Positions 34,958 to 39,041 of a DNA stretch of 39,041 nucleotides are shown in pieces (within the stretch, counting starts at the first letter, position 1; the number at the start of each line of letters is the position of its first letter). Under the pieces are notes generated by a model, which searched no databases, was not told the origin of the DNA, and worked only from the letters and a program-made list of their open reading frames with translations. This DNA is from Octopus bimaculoides. Lineage: Eukaryota. The stretch is from assembly GCF_001194135.2 (NCBI RefSeq), contig NC_068982.1, positions 127,090,830 through 127,129,870 of the forward strand. Reading direction: 5' to 3'. The position numbers and the translations under genes were made by a program.

Positions 34958-35322
34958 GGCGGTGAGCTAGCAGAATCGTCAGTACTCAGGGCAAAATATT
35001 TAAAGCAACAAATTCGCCCATCTTTACGTTCTGAGTTCAAATTTCGCCGAGGTCAAATTTGCGTTTCATCCTTTCGGATTCGATAAAATAAGTACCAGTT
35101 GAACACTGGGGTCAATGTAATCGACTAGTCCTTTCCTCAAAATTTCAGACCTTGTGCCTTTGCTAGAAAGGGTTATCATTATTATTATCATTATTCCGCC
35201 GAGGTCGACTTTATCCTTCATTCTTTCGGGCTCGATAAAATAAGTACCAGCTAAACACTGGGATCGATATAATTGATTTATCCCCTCCCCCAATTTTCTG
35301 GCTTTGTGCCAAAATTTCAAAC

Positions 35323-35382
<60 letters not shown>

Positions 35383-35653
35383 CATTATTATTATTATTAT
35401 TATTATTATTAAAGAGGCGAGGTGGCAGAACCGTTAGCACGCCGGGTGAAATGCTTAGCGGTATTTCATCTGCCGCTTCGTTCTGAGTTCAAGTTCCGCC
35501 ATCCTTTTCCTTCCACCCTTTCGGGGTCGATAAATTAAGTACCATTTGAGTACTGGGGTCGGTGTGATTGACTGACATCCTCCCCACAAAATCCAGGCCG
35601 TGTGCAAATGGTAGAAAAGATTATCATTATTATTATTATTGTTATTGTTGTTG

Positions 35654-35691
<38 letters not shown>

Positions 35692-36720
35692 GCTGTTGTT
35701 GTTCTTATTACTGTCGACTAAGTTTGATGTACAGAGGAAAACGCTTCAAGTTTCAGATAAATATTTTACTTTCAGTTGCTTTATGTTGTTTCCTTTTATT
35801 GTTTCACTGATTTTGCAAGATGAGAACTTCTTTATAGTCCTTTGGGGGAAATAAGTTTGAACTTTGTCGTCATTTCTCAGTAAAAGAAAACCAAATTCTT
35901 AGAAATGATAGCGGAAGAAGGTGTAAAACTTCTTTTGTGAGAATGGGCCACCCAACCTTATTGTGGGGGAGTGAAATAAAACATAGCATCACATAATGGC
36001 AATAACATAGCAGAGATGGCGGCGGTGAGCTGGCAGAATCGTTAGCACAGCGGACGAAATGCTTAGCAGTATTTCGTCTGCCGTTACGTTCTGAGTTCAA
36101 ATTCCGACGAGGTCGACTTTGCATTTCATCCTTTCGGAGTCGATAAATTAAGTACCAGTTACGCACTGGGGTCGATGTTATCGACTTAATCTCTTTGATG
36201 TCTTTGTTTGTCCTCTCTATGTTTAGCCCCTTGTGGGCAATAAAGAAATAAGAATCGTTAGCATGTCTAGGGCGGCGAGCTGGCAGAATCGTTAACAGGC
36301 CGGTCGAAATGTTTATCGGTATTTCGTCTGCCGTTACGTTCTGAGTTCAAATTCCGTCGAGGTGTACTTTGTCTTTTATCCTTTCGGTGTGGATAAAATA
36401 CGAACCTGTTGAGCACTAGGGTCGATGTAATCGACTCAACGTCTTCCCACAAAATTCCCGGCTTTGTACTAATATCAGAAACCAATAATATAACAGAGAC
36501 AAGGAGGCGAGCTGGCAGAATTGTTAACACACCGGGCAAAATGCTTAGCGACAATTCGTCCGTCTTTACGTTCTGAGTTCAAATTCCGTCGAGTTCGACT
36601 TCGATTTTTATCCTTTCGGTGTGAATAAAATAAGAATCAGTAGAGCACTGGGATCGATGTAATCGACTTACCCCTTCTTTCGAACTTGCTGGCCTTGTGT
36701 GCCAAAATTTGAAACCAATA
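34958..36720 (+). mobile_element. Head-to-tail cluster of six family C SINEs
   Basis: Copies at ~34958-35178, 35194-35323 (5'-truncated), 35416-35620, 36018-36253, 36271-36490 and 36503-36720, all on +, mostly separated by (ATT)n tails. Confidence 0.88.
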
Positions 36721-36924
36721 ACATAATGGAGATAACAACAACAACAGTGATAACTGCAGCAACTACGACTGGAGTAATAACAGTGTCTGCGAATGTAGTA
36801 CGAGCGACAAACACAGAAACAGTAACTGAAAGAAAAACGTCAAAAGATGCATAAGTAACAACAACAACAACAGCAAGGAAAAGAACAACAATAATGTACA
36901 CTTAACAAGATTGTTGCAAATTTT

Positions 36925-37115
36925 GGTGTATCAATTTTAAGGCCAGTGTTAGTAAATTACATTGACCTTGGTATTTTTCTGGTACTTTACTCTGTCGACC
37001 TCGAAAGGCTGAAAAACAAATCTGACTTGAACTCGGTGAGATTTGATCTCAGAACGTACAATGCCAGAAAAAACGCCGCTAAGCATTCTTGCCCGACGCG
37101 CTGACGGTTCTACCG
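36925..37115 (-). mobile_element. SINE family C, inverted diverged copy
   Basis: GTAAATTACATTGACC...GTCGACCTCGAAAGG...CTCAGAACGT...CCGCTAAGCATT...GGTTCTACCG is the reverse complement of the family C body and head. Confidence 0.72.
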
Positions 37116-38074
37116 CAATCAGATTGATAAGAGCAGCAACAACGATGACAATAGCAATCTCGCCAAAAGCATCAATGTTACCAACAACGAAAATAATATC
37201 AATGAAGAAAACAGCAAAAAGGAGGAGGAGGAGCAAGAAGCTGAGGAGAAGGAAGAGGAGAGGGAAAAGGAGGAGGAGAAGGAGGAGGAGGAAGATGAGG
37301 AAGAAAAGGTGTCCTCCCCTCCTCATCCTCCTTATCATCAGCAGCACCAGCTAGATTTACGATTCTGTTTCTATTCTTAGTATATCGGTCTTCAATATTT
37401 GTTTTCCAGTATCCATAATATTAACACAGTATGAAGGTTGCCATCTCCAGTATCTCAAAACTCACATTTTATATTCTGTTGTCTGAATGTTAAATCATCC
37501 TCCTGGATATGACGTTAGTCTGATGCAAATTACATTCACAGAATCTTTCGCATCTGTTCTGGAATTTTCGTTTTAACTGAGGTGCATGGACATACTTGAC
37601 CTGTAGTACAAGCAGACGTCTGATATGAACTCAGACCAATTGACAATATTTTTCTCCATTCAGCCATTTCAAATACATTCTTTTCCCTACTAATCCTCAC
37701 CAGTTTTATTGATAATTGAACAATTATTATGTATTAGAACGTTTTTGTTTTTGGAGAAAATAATAATTTTCTAATACGAGGTGACTCTGGCATAACATGT
37801 TATGAGATATTGAACATTGTGACTTCCATGCATTTCTCAAGATCAGAATCGAAGTAATTGAAATCATTTCAATCTAGAATTGAAACTAAGTTTGCCGAAA
37901 ACATGACCCTATACTACAAACACTCGAACATGAATAAATAAGGGCCAAAGATTTAAACATAAATGTAAGTTTAATCCACTTTCGTGTTTAAATCTTTGTC
38001 CCTTATTATTTCCTTTATAATATACAAGATATTTCAAACTGAAGAGCTATGGGATTATGGATGCTTATTGAGAG

Positions 38075-38267
38075 TTGGGAAGTGGCCTACTGCTATGGCT
38101 GCCAAAGCATGGCCGTACACGCGTAGGTCTTCGAAAACATAACGTATATAGATCAATTCACCAGAGACACTTAACGCCTCCCTGAAGACCTCCCTTAACT
38201 AATGCAGGATCGAGATAGATGGTGTGTGCGGGTAAAAAATGTCCGAGCAAGCTCGACTTGATGATGA
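38075..38267 (+). mobile_element. RTE-clade LINE, 3' end fragment
   Basis: LLLWLPKHGRTRVG / ITYIDQFTRDT*RLPEDLP*LMQDRDRWCVRVKNVRASST* followed by a (TGA)n tail, an RTE-type C-terminus. Confidence 0.8.
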
Positions 38268-38492
38268 GCAGTGGACGCAGGTACGTTTTCGATGTAAAAG
38301 AAATGCAATGGTTGAATGGTTATGTGTAAGTTTATTAACGAGTACACGAGTTCATAACCTACAGAAGCAAAATCATTTAATTCTGCTTGACTCAGATCAT
38401 ATTTGGAGAATACACTTTATACTTGTTGGAAAGTTATTCGTGGGAAATTAATATCTTGCCAAAGTAGGGGTCTCTTTTTCATTGACTTAACT

Positions 38493-38720
38493 CAGGGGTT
38501 CTTAACCATTTTTTAAAAAATCTATGAAGCCCTTTGATTACCATTTCATTCTGGTGGATCCCCATAGCAACTCGATGTTTCAAAACTAGTTTTATAGATA
38601 GATACTTCTTTCAAAAATTCTATTTTCTAAGAATTAACTAGAAATATAACATAATTGTATTTTTCTTCAGTTTTAATTAATACCTCTGAAATTTTTGAAT
38701 AACTCATCATAGATTGTTAA
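38493..38720 (+). mobile_element. hAT-type MITE fragment related to 28232-28479
   Basis: Starts CAGGGGTTCTTAACCATTTT...CCCTTTGATT. The right end is not seen. Confidence 0.5.
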
Positions 38721-38738
38721 TTCTTTAAAAGAAAAATC

Positions 38739-39041
38739 GGATCTTTTTTAAAACGGGGGCCACATTTTTCATTAACGAAACACTTTGAAACTTGGAACAC
38801 TGGTAGAATGTGTCATATAAAACATCCTTTTCTCTTAGTCTTCTTTAAAAAAAAAGAAATCCATAAATTATTCCATGTTAAAGTTGTCGTATTTCTGTAA
38901 TTTCAACCAATCACTGACGTCCATTCAGCCGATATACATTAAGTGCCGACTACATAAACAAACGATTCTGAAACAATTAATCCTAACCCTAACCCTAACT
39001 CTAACCCTAACCCTAACCCTAGGGTTAGGGTTAGGGTTAGG
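38739..39041. mobile_element. Telomere-repeat MITE, diverged copy 3 (truncated by the window end)
   Basis: Starts GGATCTTTTT... The left arm is homologous to copies 1 and 2 (CGAAACACTTTGAAACTTGG...TTGTCGTATTTCTGTAATTTCAACCAATCACTGACGTC), then (CCCTAA)n|(TTAGGG)n at 38982-39041. Confidence 0.85.

Noticed and set aside
36949-37354. ORFs with poly-L or poly-R/K tracts (and similar ORFs at 2994-3402, 14099-14837, 30631-31376, 35066-35854)
   Set aside because: Translations of trinucleotide and other microsatellites and SINE sequence.

Overview
Eukaryotic, AT-rich, microsatellite-dense genomic DNA with four large N gaps. The tRNA-headed SINEs resemble, from memory and without a database search, the abundant cephalopod (Octopus-like) SINEs. 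No intact protein-coding gene is visible, and most ORFs in the track are microsatellite or N artefacts. Main content: (1) a full-span Tx1/L1-clade non-LTR retrotransposon on the minus strand (3144-7743) that lacks its RT domain and sits between two (AAT)n tracts; (2) a set of GG...CC-terminated, 8-9 bp TSD (Merlin-like) MITEs, four of five carrying mirrored or single blocks of telomere-like TTAGGG/CCCTAA repeats; (3) about 25 SINE copies or fragments from several modular families, including a head-to-tail array; (4) 3' fragments of RTE and CR1-group LINEs, hAT MITEs and a decayed Gypsy pol relic; (5) a pri-miRNA-shaped hairpin at 8868-8946; (6) weak evidence for a minus-strand multi-exon transcript made of very short exons.
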